NCBI GenBank assembly: GCA_964016885.1
Contig: OZ024746.1
Coordinates: 22,940,001-23,004,000, forward strand
Source of the DNA: Eledone cirrhosa
Taxonomy: Eukaryota
DNA length: 64,000 bases
Reading direction: 5' to 3'
A program made the translations under genes and the position numbers. Of the stretch, positions 26,946 to 41,547 are shown one piece after another (the stretch's first letter is position 1; every line of letters begins with the position of its first letter). The notes under the pieces are model-generated. The model had not been told where the DNA came from and ran no database searches. It saw only the letters and a program-made list of their open reading frames with translations.

Positions 26946-27075
26946 TAAATTAAAGTGAAAACCAAGAGGTTCGTGTGGTGTGTTTTTATCGGCAGCATAA
27001 CCCTCCCAAAGTTTAACGATATGTCAACACACGTTTTCAGATAAATAATCTTGTAAAACAAATTAAAAAACGAAG

Positions 27076-27106
<31 letters not shown>

Positions 27107-27361
27107 ATGTGTGCGTGCGTGTGTGTGTGTATGTGTGTGTGTGTGTGCGTGCGTGCGTGTGTGTGTGTGTGTTCGCGCGTGCCTGTGTGTGTGTGCGTGT
27201 GTGTGTGTGTGTGTGCGTGCGTATGTCTGTGTGTGTGTGAGGGTGTGTGTGTGTGGGTGTGTGTGTGTAATTTCACAGTTGTGATGATAAAAACCATTAA
27301 AATGAGTAGCAAAATTAAATACACATATATGTGTGTATATAAATGTGAGTGTGTGTGCATA

Positions 27362-27393
<32 letters not shown>

Positions 27394-27396
<3 letters not shown>

Positions 27397-27553
27397 CGAA
27401 GGAAATGTGGTAAGGAACCAGGTGGACCATAACGCACCAAAGTACTCAATACTTAGGGTAGTAGAGTGGGTAATAGGAACGAGTAGGACCCCGACGGCTG
27501 AGCTCAAGCCGTTCCGAAACGGCTTGAGCTCAGCCGTCGGGGTCCTACTCGTT

Positions 27554-27558
<5 letters not shown>
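27394..27558 (-). mobile_element. Family A fold-back element carrying the 3' half of a hammerhead
   Basis: Palindrome 27473-27558 containing GAAACGGC ttgagctca GCCGTC GGGGTCC, plus an ~80-nt unique tail; both ends in (TA)n. Confidence 0.8.
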
Positions 27559-27617
<59 letters not shown>

Positions 27618-27629
27618 CACGAATGTATA

Positions 27630-27857
27630 AGGTGGTGAAACGGCAGTCTTTGGAGTGTCTGTTACAATGGCAATATTTGTAGAGGCGGCATAGAGTTTCT
27701 GCCCTTTATGATCTAAGTTCAAATCCCGGCGAGGTTAACTTTGCCTTTCATCCTTACGGGGTCGATAAAGTAAAGTACCAGTCATGCACTTGGGTCGATT
27801 TAATCGACTTTTCCCTCCGCCAAAATTACTGGCCTTGTGCCTATATAAGAAACCAAT
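27630..27857 (+). mobile_element. Meta-domain SINE
   Basis: Consensus match from the B-box to the tail. Confidence 0.85.
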
Positions 27858-28121
27858 ATTTGTAGCGGCCCCCTGAGCTCTTTATTGAAATAGCGACAGG
27901 GCCAACTTTACCTGTCAGTTACTAGAGGTCGATAAATCAATTACTATTGCCAATTTTTTTTCTATCTCCTTTTTTTCACTTTTCCTCTTAAAATACGAAA
28001 GTACTTAAAACACTCAAATATTAAACAAAGGAGCACTCAATACATGTAGGTAGTGTGTTCATTTTTTTTTTTTCTGAGGCAGACATTTGACAGCAATTAA
28101 AAATTCCAGCTTGGGTGTTTC

Positions 28122-28167
<46 letters not shown>

Positions 28168-28346
28168 ACATAATGCATACATATTGCATACATATAGACA
28201 TATATATAGATACATACACACACACACACACACACATAATACATACATATAGACATATATAGATACATACACACACACACATACATAATACATATAGACA
28301 TATATAGATACATACACACAATACATACATATAGACATATATAGAT

Positions 28347-28377
<31 letters not shown>

Positions 28378-28414
28378 GATACACACACACACATACACAC
28401 ACACACACACACAC

Positions 28415-28469
<55 letters not shown>

Positions 28470-28693
28470 AACATAATGCATACATATTGCATACATATAG
28501 ACATATATATAGATACATACACACACACACACACACACATAATACATACATATAGACATATATAGATACATACACACACACACATACATAATACATATAG
28601 ACATATATAGATACATACACACAATACATACATATAGACATATATAGATACACACACACACACACACACACATATAGATACACACACACACAT

Positions 28694-28710
<17 letters not shown>
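28122..28710. repeat. Tandem ~300-bp duplication of a compound TA/CA microsatellite block
   Basis: actaacataatgcatacatattgcatacatatagaca.. occurs at ~28164 and ~28467 with identical continuation. Confidence 0.9.
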
Positions 28711-28779
<69 letters not shown>

Positions 28780-28908
28780 TATATATATACTGTATATTTA
28801 GGTGGGTTTCCTATGTATATCGGGAGGTGACCATTTATTTCTTACGAATGAAACAGTTTTACTCCTGTAGAAGTTATTTCACTCTTACTCTATTTCTCTC
28901 TCTCTCCC

Positions 28909-28993
<85 letters not shown>

Positions 28994-29278
28994 AAGATCG
29001 GAATTAAGAGTATTCCGCAGTTCACTGTAATAATAATAATAATAATAGTATTAGCTCAAAGAAGAATAGAGAATTTCCTTCTGAGCTCAAATGCAAGTAT
29101 ATATTACACAAAGAGAAGTGTGTTACACAGTGAGATGTGTGTAAAGAATTATTACAAGTGATTTTACCGTTACTGTATAGGGAACAATATCTACAGGTTA
29201 GCAATTAAATAGAAAAAAATCCAATTCAGAATCAAATCTCTGGATTAGAGTTTTAAATCACAAACCTTATAACTATAT

Positions 29279-29354
29279 TTTGCTGATACGAATCTAGCTT
29301 CGTTTCACCACTTATATGTGAAGTATCAGTTCACAAGGATCCTCAGTCAGCAAA
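29279..29354 (-). ncRNA. Type I hammerhead ribozyme
   Basis: TTTGCTGA-CTGAGGA-(long helix II region)-GAAACGAA gctaga TTCGTA-TCAGCAAA: 8-bp stem I, 5-bp stem III, GUA site. Confidence 0.85.
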
Positions 29355-29640
29355 TGCGAACACTGGACACTACACATCTAACCTCATGGATAGAGAGATT
29401 GCAAATAGACACGCTGGCCAGAGTAGGGCGAAAACACGTGTTATTTGAATCAAATAACGGCTCTCTTGGATTGGGGAAGATGCTAGAAAGTGCAACCCAA
29501 CCATGCGAATTATTAGCTCAACAATTTGGAGCTCATTAAGTATGCAAAGATCGGAATTAAGAGTATTCCTACTCTGGCCAGCGTGTCTTTTTGCAATCTC
29601 TTAATCCATGAGGTTAGATGTGTAGTGTTCAGTGTTCGCA

Positions 29641-29716
29641 TTTGTTGACTGAGGATCCTTGTGAACTGATACTGCACATATAAGTGGTGAAACGAAGCTA
29701 GATTCGTATCAGCAAA
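29641..29716 (+). ncRNA. Type I hammerhead ribozyme (inverted copy)
   Basis: TTTGTTGA-CTGAGGA..GAAACGAA gctaga TTCGTA-TCAGCAAA; the stem I change becomes a G:U pair. Confidence 0.85.
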
Positions 29717-29899
29717 ATATAGTTATAAGGTTTGTGATTTAAAACTCTAATCCAGAGATTTGATTCTGAATTGGTTTTTTTTTTCTATTTAATTGCTAAC
29801 CTGTAGATATTGTTCCCTATACAGTAACGGTAAAATCACTTGTAATAATTCTTTACACACATCTCACTGTGTAACACACTTCTCTTTGTGTAATATATA

Positions 29900-30431
<532 letters not shown>

Positions 30432-30433
30432 TA

Positions 30434-30598
30434 GGTAAGGAACCAGATGGACCATAACGCGCCTGAGTACTCAATACTTAGGGTAGTAGAGTGGGTAATA
30501 GGAAAAAGTATGACCCCGACGGCAGAGCTCAAGCCGTTTCGGCGGCTATTTCCAGACCGTCGAAACGGCTTGAGCTCTGCCGTCGGGGTCATACTTTT

Positions 30599-30601
<3 letters not shown>
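30434..30601 (-). mobile_element. Family A fold-back element
   Basis: Palindrome ~30501-30601 plus a truncated tail joined to the family B copy. Confidence 0.8.
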
Positions 30602-30638
<37 letters not shown>

Positions 30639-30714
30639 ACACACAGACACAAACACAGTCAGTTATTTCTTCTCAACAAGAATTCTGTGAGCAATGTATT
30701 TTTCTCTGGAACCA

Positions 30715-32085
30715 GCTGTTGCTGCTTCTATTGCTGCTGCTGTTACTGCTTCTATTGCTGCTGCTACCATTGCTGCCGTTGCTGCTGTTATCTTTGTTAA
30801 GATTACAGCTGTTACTGCTGCACTTGTCGGCTGTAGGTTCTGTTGTTGGTACTGGTGGTGCATTTGTTGTTGTTAATGTTTTTGGTGATGCTGGTGTTTC
30901 TGCTGCACATTTTGTCGCTCTTGTTGTCGTTGTTGGTGCTGTTGTTGTTGGTGCTGTTGTTGTTGGTGCTGTTGTTGTTGGTGCTGTTGTTGGTGGTGAT
31001 ATTGTTGTTGGTGATGTTGTTGTTGGTGCTGTTGTTGTTGGTGCTGTTGTTGTTGGTGCTGTTGTTGTTGGTGCTGTTGTTGTTGGTGCTGTTGTTGTTG
31101 GTATTGTTGTTGTTGGTGCTGTTGTTGTTGGTATTGTTGTTGTTGGTGCTGTTGTTGTTGGTGCTGTCGTAGTTGGTGCTGTTGTTGTTGGTGCTGTTGT
31201 TGTTGGTGCTGTTGTTGTTGGTGATGTTGTTGTTGGTATTGTTGTTGTTGGTGCTGTTGTTGTTGGTGATGTTGTTGTTGGTGCTGTTGTTGTTGGTATT
31301 GTTGTTGTTGGTGCTGTTGTTGTTGGTATTGTTGTTGTTGGTGCTGTTGTTGTTGGTGCTGTCGTAGTTGGTGCTGTTGTTGTTGGTGCTGTTGTTGTTG
31401 GTGCTGTTGTTGTTGGTGCTGTCGTAGTTGGTGATGTTGTTGTTGGTGCTGTTGTTGTTGGTGCTGTCGTAGTTGGTGCTGTTGTTGTTGGTATTGTTGT
31501 TGTCACAGTTGATGTTTGTGTTGTTTTTTGGTGTTGGTACTCTTGTTGTTGTTGTTGGAATTGTTTTCGTTGGTGTTGTTGTTGTTTTTGTTTATGCTCT
31601 TGTTGTTGTTGTTGTCGTTGTTTTTGTTGTTGTTAGTAAAGTTGTTGTTGCTGTTGGCGTTATTTCTGTTGTTGCTGTTGGTGTTTTCTCTGTTGTTGCT
31701 GCTGTTGCTGATTCTGTTGTTGCTGTTGGCGCTGTTGCTCTTGTTGCTGTTGGCGCTGTTGCTGTTGCTGCTGTTGTCATCGTTGTTTCTCATCATTACA
31801 GCTGTTGTTAGTGTGGCTGTACCTGATGTTGTGGTACTTGTTTTTGTTGTTGTCGCTATTGCTCTTTATGATGTTGTTGTAGTTGTTGTTTTTGCTGCTG
31901 TTCTTTCTGTTGTTGTAATTGTTGTTGTCGTAATAGTTTGTGTTGTTGTTGTTATGGCTGTTGTGGTTGTTGGTGTCGTTGTTACATTTGTTGTTATTGT
32001 TGTTGTTTTTGGTGTTGTTGCTATAGTTGTTGTTGTAGTGGTGGTGCTGGTGTTGTTGTTGTTGGTGGTGGTGGTGGTAGATGTG
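30715..32085. repeat. (GTT/GCT)-rich low-complexity tract including a 15-bp array (GTTGTTGTTGGTGCT) at ~30930-31500
   Basis: Directly visible. Confidence 0.9.
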
Positions 32086-32307
32086 GTCTTCTCGACCATC
32101 ACGACCAAATGTCTATATGGCGCTCAGCATGCTAGAAATAGCAGCTACGTCTCCCACAATTTATACGTACTGTCTCAAAAGAAAAGAACGGATGATCACG
32201 ATAGTAAAGCCTTCGATCATTGGACTGGACGATGAGGTCTGACCTGGGGCTAAACTACAACCACAACTACTAAAACAACAGAAAATAACACAAATAAATA
32301 TATAAAC

Positions 32308-32308
32308 G

Positions 32309-32400
<92 letters not shown>

Positions 32401-33225
32401 GGTGGTGGTGGTTTTGGGGGTGTTGATTGTGGTGGTTTAGCTAGTCTTTGGTGGTGGTGGTGGTGGTGGTTTTGGTGGTGGTGATTGTGGTGGTTTAGCT
32501 AGTCTTTGGTGGTGGTGGTGGTGGTGGTGGTGGTGGTGGTTTTGGTGGTGGTTTAGCTAGTCTTTGGTGGTGGTGGTGGTGGTGGTGGTTTTGGTGGTGG
32601 TGATTGTGGTGGTTTAGCTAGTCTTTGGTGGTGGTGGTGGTGGTGGTGGCTTTGGTGGTGGTGATTGTGGTGGTTTAGCTAGTCTTTGGTGGTGGTGGTG
32701 GTGGTGGTGGTGGTGGTTTTGGTGGTGGTGATTGTGGTGGTTTAGCTAGTCTTTGGTGGTGGTGGTGGTGGTGGTGGTGGTGGTGGTGGTGGTGGTAGTT
32801 TTGGTGGTGGTGATTGTGGTGGTTTAGCTAGTCTATGGTGGTGGTGGTGGTGGTTTTGGTGGTGGTGGTGGTGGTTTTGGTGGTGGTGATTGTGGTGGTT
32901 TAGCTAGTCTTTGGTGGTGGTGGTGGTGGTGGTGGTGGTTTTGGTGGTGGTGATTGGGGTGGTTTAGCTAGTCTTTGGTGGTGGTGGTGGTGGTTTTGGT
33001 GGTGGTGATTGGGGTGGTTTAGCTAGTCTGTGGTGGTGGTGGTGGTGGTGGTGGTGGTGGTGGTGATTGGGGTGGTTTAGCTAGTCTGTGGTGGTGGTGG
33101 TGGTGGTGGTGGTGGTGGTGGTGGTGGTGGTGGTGGTGGTGGTGGTGGTGGTGGTGGTGGTGGTGGTGGTTTTGGTGGTGGTGATTGTGGTGGTTTAGCT
33201 AGTCTATGGTGGTGGTGGTGGTGGT
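32308..33225 (+). repeat. (GTT)n then a variable-length minisatellite: (GGT)n runs punctuated by GATTGTGGTGGTTTAGCTAGTCTT, about 13 units
   Basis: TTAGCTAGTCT recurs at irregular spacing. Confidence 0.92.
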
Positions 33226-33950
33226 GCTTGTGATGTCGAGAGTGGTGTAGGTGATGGTGGGGGGTATCAATAATCAAGTGGTGTATGTGATAATGGTGTC
33301 AGTGGTCAAGTGGTGGTGGTGGTGGTAAAGAAAGAAGCGGTAGTGGTGGTGGTGGTGGTGGTGGTGTAAGTAAAGAAAGTGGCGGTGGTGGTTGGGATGA
33401 TAATAGTCAAGCTGTGATGTTGTCGCTGATGGTGGTGATGTCTGTTGTGGTGTAGGTGGTGATAGGTGTTGGTGGTGGTGGCGGTGGTGGCGATGATGTA
33501 GGTAGTGGTGTGGCTGGTGACGGGGGTGTTAGTTGTGGTGATGTAGGTCGTGGTGTAGGTGGTGCTGGCGGTGGCGGTGATGAAGCTGGTGGTGGTGGTG
33601 GTGGTGGTGTTAGGTGTGGTGATGTAGGTGCTGGCGGCGGTGGTGGTGGTGGTATTGGTTGTGGTGATGTAGATGGTGGTGGTATAGGTGGTGATGGTGA
33701 TGTCAGTGGTGGGTGGTTGTGGTGTTGGTGTAAGTGGTGGTGATATAGCTGATGGCGCTGGTGGTGTTGGTTGTGGTGGTGTAGGTGGTGGTGATGTTGA
33801 TGGTGGTGGTGTTAGTTGTGGTGGTGTAGGTGTTAGTGTTGGTTCTGTTGATGTAGGTGGTGGTGAAGTAGGTGGTGGTGGTGGGGTAGGTGGTGGTGTA
33901 GGTGGCGGTGATGTAGGTGGTGTAGGTGATGTAGGTAGTGCAGGTGAACT
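33226..33950. repeat. GGT-rich degenerate low-complexity tract
   Basis: Directly visible. Confidence 0.85.
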
Positions 33951-34054
33951 AAGCCATAACAACGCTGGGTGTTGGTTAATGTTGGAAATAAAACAAGGTG
34001 ATGTGGTGTATTCATTCATTCCACAAATAAGGAATATTTTATCAAATCTTCCTC

Positions 34055-34645
34055 AAACAACAACAATAAAAACAATAACAGCAACAACAACAACAACAAC
34101 AACAACTCTAATAGCAACAAAAATAACTACAACACCTGTAGCATCATCAACAACAACAACAACAACAACAGCAGCTCTAATAGCAACAACAATAACTACA
34201 ACACTTGTAACATCATCATCAACAACAACAACAACAACAACAACAGCTCTAATAGCAACAAAAATAACTACAACACCTGTAGCATCATCAACAACAACAA
34301 CAACAACAACAACAGCTCTAATAGCAACAAAAATAACTACAACACCTGTAACATCATCAACATCAACAACAACAACAGCTCTAATAGCAACAAAAATAAC
34401 TACAACACCTGTAGCATCAACAACAACAACAACAACAACAACAGCAGCTCTAATAGCAACAAAAATAACTACAACACCTGTAGCATCATCAACATCAACA
34501 ACAACAACAACAACAGCAGCTCTAATAGCAACAAAAATAACTACAACACCTGTAACATCATCAACAACAACAACAACGGCTCTAATAGCAACAAAAATAA
34601 CTACAACACCTGTAACATCATCAACATAAACAACAACAACAACAA
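34055..34645 (+). repeat. ~60-75-bp minisatellite (GCTCTAATAGCAACAAAAATAACTACAACACCTGTA..(ACA)n), 8 units
   Basis: ALIATKITTTPV periodicity in the ORF track. Confidence 0.92.
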
Positions 34646-35315
34646 CAGATCCAACGGCGTGAACAGCAGCAGCCACAGCAGTAGCAGCAATAACTTCAAC
34701 ACAGCAGCAGTAGCAGTAAAACGGTGGTGGGGTGGGTTGCATACGGTCATTCCACAGAGAAGGAAGGTTGGACAGATCTTCAGTACGGTGCTGCTGCCAT
34801 TGTCTCTCTCTTTACCCCAAAAAAACAAGAACACTAAGAATTACCTGTAATAGCATTAGCAACAGCAGTGGCAGTGACAAGAGCAACAGCAGCAGTAAAT
34901 TGTCAAAGACAGTGAGTGTGTATGTAGTAAGACGATTTGCTGTCACCACTACAAATAAAAGCATCAGTTATATATATAACATATATAAGTATATACTATA
35001 TGTATATGTAATATAAAAGAGTTTTTGGAACTACCACATTTCAAGAGGGTGACACAGCCAGACAGACCATCTACTTAAACATAATTCTTTTATAAATTAA
35101 CGACTCGGTCACAGAGACAACTGCTATAAAAGTAAGTTGGCCTTTTCCTTATTTGTTTTAGGTAAATACTTTGTGCTTGATAGAGAAATATTCGCCATCG
35201 TCGTTATCATCATTATAGTTGTTGATGTTGTCGTTGTTATTTCTGTTGTTATTACTGCTGTTGTTGTGGTTCTTGTTGCCATAGAAGTGTTGTTCAGACA
35301 CTTTAATCAATCAAT

Positions 35316-36921
<1,606 letters not shown>

Positions 36922-37361
36922 TTTTCCTTTCTATCCTATCTCTCGTTCTTTCCTTCTCCCCACCATTTCTTTCCGTCTCCCCACCATTTCTTTCCTTCTC
37001 TCCACTTTCTTTCCTTCTCTCCACTTTCTTTCCTGCTCTCCACCATTTCTTCTTGAATCTCTCCCTCTGTTTCTACATTCATGGTCTTCTTCGTATTTCC
37101 ACTTTTTTTAATCTCGGTTTCACAAGTTTTTCATTGTTTTTTTTTTTCTATCATTTTTCATGCTTTCTCATACTCATTCATAAAATCTTTATTTCTCTTC
37201 GTGCATGTTTCTCAGTCACAGATCCATTTCACCATTCAATTACACAATATACGAGATGATTAATATATATCACGTTCCTTTGCCTTTCTTTGTGTATGCA
37301 TATATTTTATCTTCACTATTATACATACATAAATAAATAAATAATAATTATACATATATAT

Positions 37362-37512
37362 TCTGTGTTCAAATCCCGCCGAGGTTAGTTTTGCCGTCAT
37401 CCTTACGATTTCGATAAAATAAAGTACCAGTGACGTACTGGGGTCGATTTAATCCACCCCCCACCCCACCCTCCCCAAAATTGTTGGCCTTGTGCCTAAA
37501 TCAGAAACCATT
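37362..37512 (+). mobile_element. Meta-domain SINE, 5' truncated
   Basis: gttcaaatcccgccgaggttag..gataaaataaagtaccag..gccttgtgcctaaatcagaaacc. Confidence 0.85.
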
Positions 37513-37909
37513 ACTATATAGTGTGCCTACATTTTACATAAGACCATTACATAAAAGTACCTATATTAGTCAATATTTTGTAGGACGAGTAGCGTCAGGT
37601 TCTCTAGAAATTAAGAAAACTCAGGAAAAGAATGGAAATGGTAGAGGGTAACATAGGTGAAACGATTTTACAGATTAATTTTTTTATTATTTTAAAATAA
37701 ATGCTTTCTGATCGCGTGTGTTGAAAACTGCAGCATTCGGATCCGTGTAAGATGCGAAGCCTCAGTATATCTTTACAACTATTCTTAACTTTATTCAATG
37801 GTCTACTTTAGTTTTCAACTGTATTTCAATAATATATGATATTATATTTCTTATATTTTCTATGTATATTTATTTTTCATTATATATATAGATAGATATG
37901 TTTCTTTAT

Positions 37910-37911
37910 TT

Positions 37912-37987
<76 letters not shown>

Positions 37988-37995
37988 TTAGATAA
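37910..37995. repeat. (GATA)n microsatellite
   Basis: Directly visible. Confidence 0.95.
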
Positions 37996-38037
37996 TATTG
38001 GGTTTCTTCTTCAAACTTTAATAAAACTACTTTTGTA

Positions 38038-38079
<42 letters not shown>

Positions 38080-38091
38080 CGCGCACACACA

Positions 38092-38135
<44 letters not shown>

Positions 38136-38796
38136 GTATGTGTGTATATGTATGTATCTATATTTTGAGAGAGGGGTGGTGAAGAGAGAGACAGAGAGCA
38201 TCGCTGATTGAAAACGCTGAATTCTGGTATGACTGAAAGTATCTTAAAAAATGTAGGATACATCCAGCACATCCAACACAGTCACATACATTTTTTGTAT
38301 TTTACATTTGTGATCCATGAATATGTAAATTTTCGTACCTTGACAGTCCGTAGCGTACGTGTGACAGACGGACAAATAGGTCGCACAGTTATTATGATAT
38401 ACATATAAAGAGTGCTGTAGGACTGGCTGGCACATTCCATTAGGGTCTCTTCCAAACAGAGGATGGGGCGAATAGAATTTGAAATATTCCATCTAATTTT
38501 TGCTATTTTATTTAACAAATTTCCCTTAAATTTATATAATGTTTGCAATAAAAAAGAAAACGAAAAATATTTTAAAGAAATGGAGTGGTGAAATGGAGCA
38601 ACAGAGTCATCACCCCAGTCAAAGGAGTAACCCCAGTCAAGGGAGTAACCCCAATCAAAGGAGTACATCTCAATTGCACCCAGCCAACAAAATGGTGAAG
38701 TCGTTATCGCAAAGAACAGCTAGTGACACCCGTAAAATTCATAGAGCGTATCGAGAGACGGAATATATTTTTTTAATTCAACACTTCCTTACAAGG

Positions 38797-38998
38797 TGAA
38801 AGCGTGTGGCCTAGTGGTTAGGGGTATTGGACTCGTGATCATGAGACCATGAGGTCGATTCCCAATCTGGCTGAGGTTTTGTGTTCTTGAGCAAGGCATA
38901 TCATTCCATACTACACCAGTTCACACATCACAGCTAACCATGAATACCACCAGTTGGGGATTACCTCTGTGACAGACTGGTGTCCCCACCCAGCGGAG
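38797..38998 (+). mobile_element. tRNA/CORE-type SINE
   Basis: gtggcctagtggttagg A-box, ggtcgattccc B-box, gtgttcttgagcaaggca CORE-like segment. Confidence 0.7.
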
Positions 38999-39559
38999 GA
39001 TATTGTTCTGTATTTTTAGTCACCTAACACCCATAAAACTGCGATAAATTCCAAGTTTCGTTCGACCCATGCGAGCGTGGAAAAACGCAAGAAAATATAT
39101 AATCCGAAAATATATAATATATAAAATATAATATATAAAATATATAATATATAAAATATAAATATATAATATATAATAAAATATATATATAAAATATATA
39201 ATATATAAAATATATAATATATAAAATATAAAATATATAATCCGAAAATATATAATCCGAACTCACTCGCTGCTTTATAAGATCCAAAAATTGTTTGGAT
39301 ATTTCTCTTAAACAACGAAAACACGCAAAATAAAAGATGCGGATGAAGGAAATATAAGAGAGAGAGGGGGTGTAATAGGGGGGAATAGGAGTGGAAGACA
39401 ACCAAATAAATATATGGAGATCGCATATATATAGAGAGAGAGAGAGATAGATAGATACACACACACAAACAGAGTGAGTGAGAGAGAAGGGGCGTGATAG
39501 AGGAAAATATGAGTGAAAGATAGCCAAATAAATATAAAGCGAACGCCTATATATATATA

Positions 39560-39633
<74 letters not shown>

Positions 39634-39758
39634 ATAGATATACTGCTGTATCATAGACATTTATTTCTCTTTTTATTGCTATAAGAAAAATATTTAGTAA
39701 TAAATAGTATTTAATATCTCATTTTGTCATTGTAATCTCACGTACATGCAAATAAGCT

Positions 39759-39843
<85 letters not shown>

Positions 39844-39980
39844 GTGAGTACACAACAGTTCTGGGTACACAACTGGGTACACAACTGTTGTGTACCCACT
39901 TCTACCACTTCCCTTGGACTGAGTGCTCTACCACTACGGATATTACCTTCCAGTGTTCCACCACTATATATATATATATA

Positions 39981-40187
39981 TATAGGAACGAGTAGGACCC
40001 CGACGGCTGAGCTCAAGCCGTTTCGACGGCTAATTCTGGACTGGCTAATTCAGTTCAGAATTAGCCGTCGAAACGGCTTGAGCTCAGCCGTCGGGGTCCT
40101 ACTCGTTCCTATTACCCACTCTACTACCCTAAGTATTGAGTACTTTGGTGCTTATGGTCCACCTGGTTCCTTACCACATTTCCTTCG

Positions 40188-40190
<3 letters not shown>
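39981..40190 (+). mobile_element. Family A fold-back element
   Basis: Palindrome ~39981-40112 centred on the gacggctaattct..agaattagccgtc hairpin, then GAAACGGC..GCCGTC; flanked by (TA)n. Confidence 0.85.
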
Positions 40191-40231
<41 letters not shown>

Positions 40232-40255
40232 GTATATGTATATATATATATATAT

Positions 40256-40630
40256 AAGTATGTACACGTACATACATATATGTATACAGACGTACAGTAG
40301 TATGTATATATACATACATGCACACACGTATATATATATGTACGTATGGATTCACCGAACATTTATTATAATGCTCGGTGTGTTTGTCAACAAACATCCC
40401 GAATTAAGCCGTACAGTGTTTAGCAACCATCGTTGCTCGTTTGTTCAACCCTGACAAAGGAGAAATGAAATTTCGTTTCATTTTTCCGTTTTTATATATA
40501 TAGATAGATATATAAGTTGAAATAAAATGAAAACGAAATTTCATTTCTCACTCTTAGTACGGCACTTACTTAAATGTAAGTATGTGTGAATACGTACATA
40601 CATATATGTATACAGACGTACAGTAGCATG

Positions 40631-40712
<82 letters not shown>

Positions 40713-40958
40713 CAGGTACACATACATATATGCACGTATCAGTTTAGTGGACGCTTATTATAACGCCGCTTTGTTCGTTTGTAAACAAACTGAACAGCCT
40801 GAATTTTTATGCCGTACGGTGTTAAGGCAACCACGTCACCTTTTTGTTCAACACTGACACAGGAACGATGTACTAGTTTCAAGCTTGTTAGCTATCATCA
40901 GCACCGTATACCCATCTGCCAGAACTGATACGTGCATATATGTATGTGTACCTGTATG

Positions 40959-40996
<38 letters not shown>

Positions 40997-41056
40997 CATG
41001 CTACTGTACGTCTGTATACATATATCTTTGCACGTATACACACATACTTACATTTA

Positions 41057-41111
<55 letters not shown>

Positions 41112-41354
41112 CGTGTCTGTGTGTGTAAATATATCAAGACAGATACATAGTGATCATGCTGGTAGCGATAATGTTGTTGATGTACCAGACATTTACCGAA
41201 GACGTTTTATTTGATTATGCCTAATCCCCAACCCATCAACTTGGGTTTATGTTTGAAATATTCTTCTTCTTATTCCTGAGAATAATAATTCTCACTATTT
41301 TCATATCTTGATAATTTGATAATTGGTGTATCCTGTTCCATAACGTGTTGTATA

Positions 41355-41397
<43 letters not shown>

Positions 41398-41466
41398 GGA
41401 AAAAATGAAACGAAATTTCATTTCTCACTCTTAGTACGGCTGTTACTTAATATGTACGTATACATA

Positions 41467-41470
<4 letters not shown>
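40256..41470. mobile_element. Cluster of family C element copies, direct and inverted
   Basis: Shared blocks cagacgtacagtagcatg, gccgtac.gtgtt.a.gcaacca, ttgttcaac.ctgaca.agga and gaaacgaaatttcatttctc; 40923-41058 is the reverse complement of ~40569-40744; homologous to 56720-57462. Confidence 0.8.
40865..40907 (-). ncRNA. Minimal type I hammerhead ribozyme (family C)
   Basis: ACGGTG-CTGATGA-T-AGCT aaca AGCT-T-GAAACTAGTA-CATCGT; palindromic ACTAGT helix III, GUA site. Confidence 0.88.

Positions 41471-41547
<77 letters not shown>

Larger units (their letters stand above)
28992..29902. mobile_element. HHR-bearing non-coding element with ~333-bp inverted duplication (arms ~29095-29427 and ~29568-29902) and a 25-bp direct repeat 553 bp apart
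   Basis: The arms are reverse complements (the same ORF start, MLTCRYCSLYSNGK.., appears on both strands); CAAAGATCGGAATTAAGAGTATTCC at 28992 and 29545; flanked by (TA)n. Confidence 0.85.

Noticed and set aside
25727-26953. ORFs with a 19-aa repeat
   Set aside because: Product of the 57-bp satellite
32415-33207. Constant repeat with variable spacers (CRISPR-like)
   Set aside because: The spacers are just (GGT)n of varying length
30491-34742. Thr/Pro-rich mucin-like ORFs (PTTTA, ALIATKITTTPV)
   Set aside because: Translations of 15-bp and ~65-bp minisatellites; a mucin exon cannot be fully excluded without RNA data, but nothing supports one
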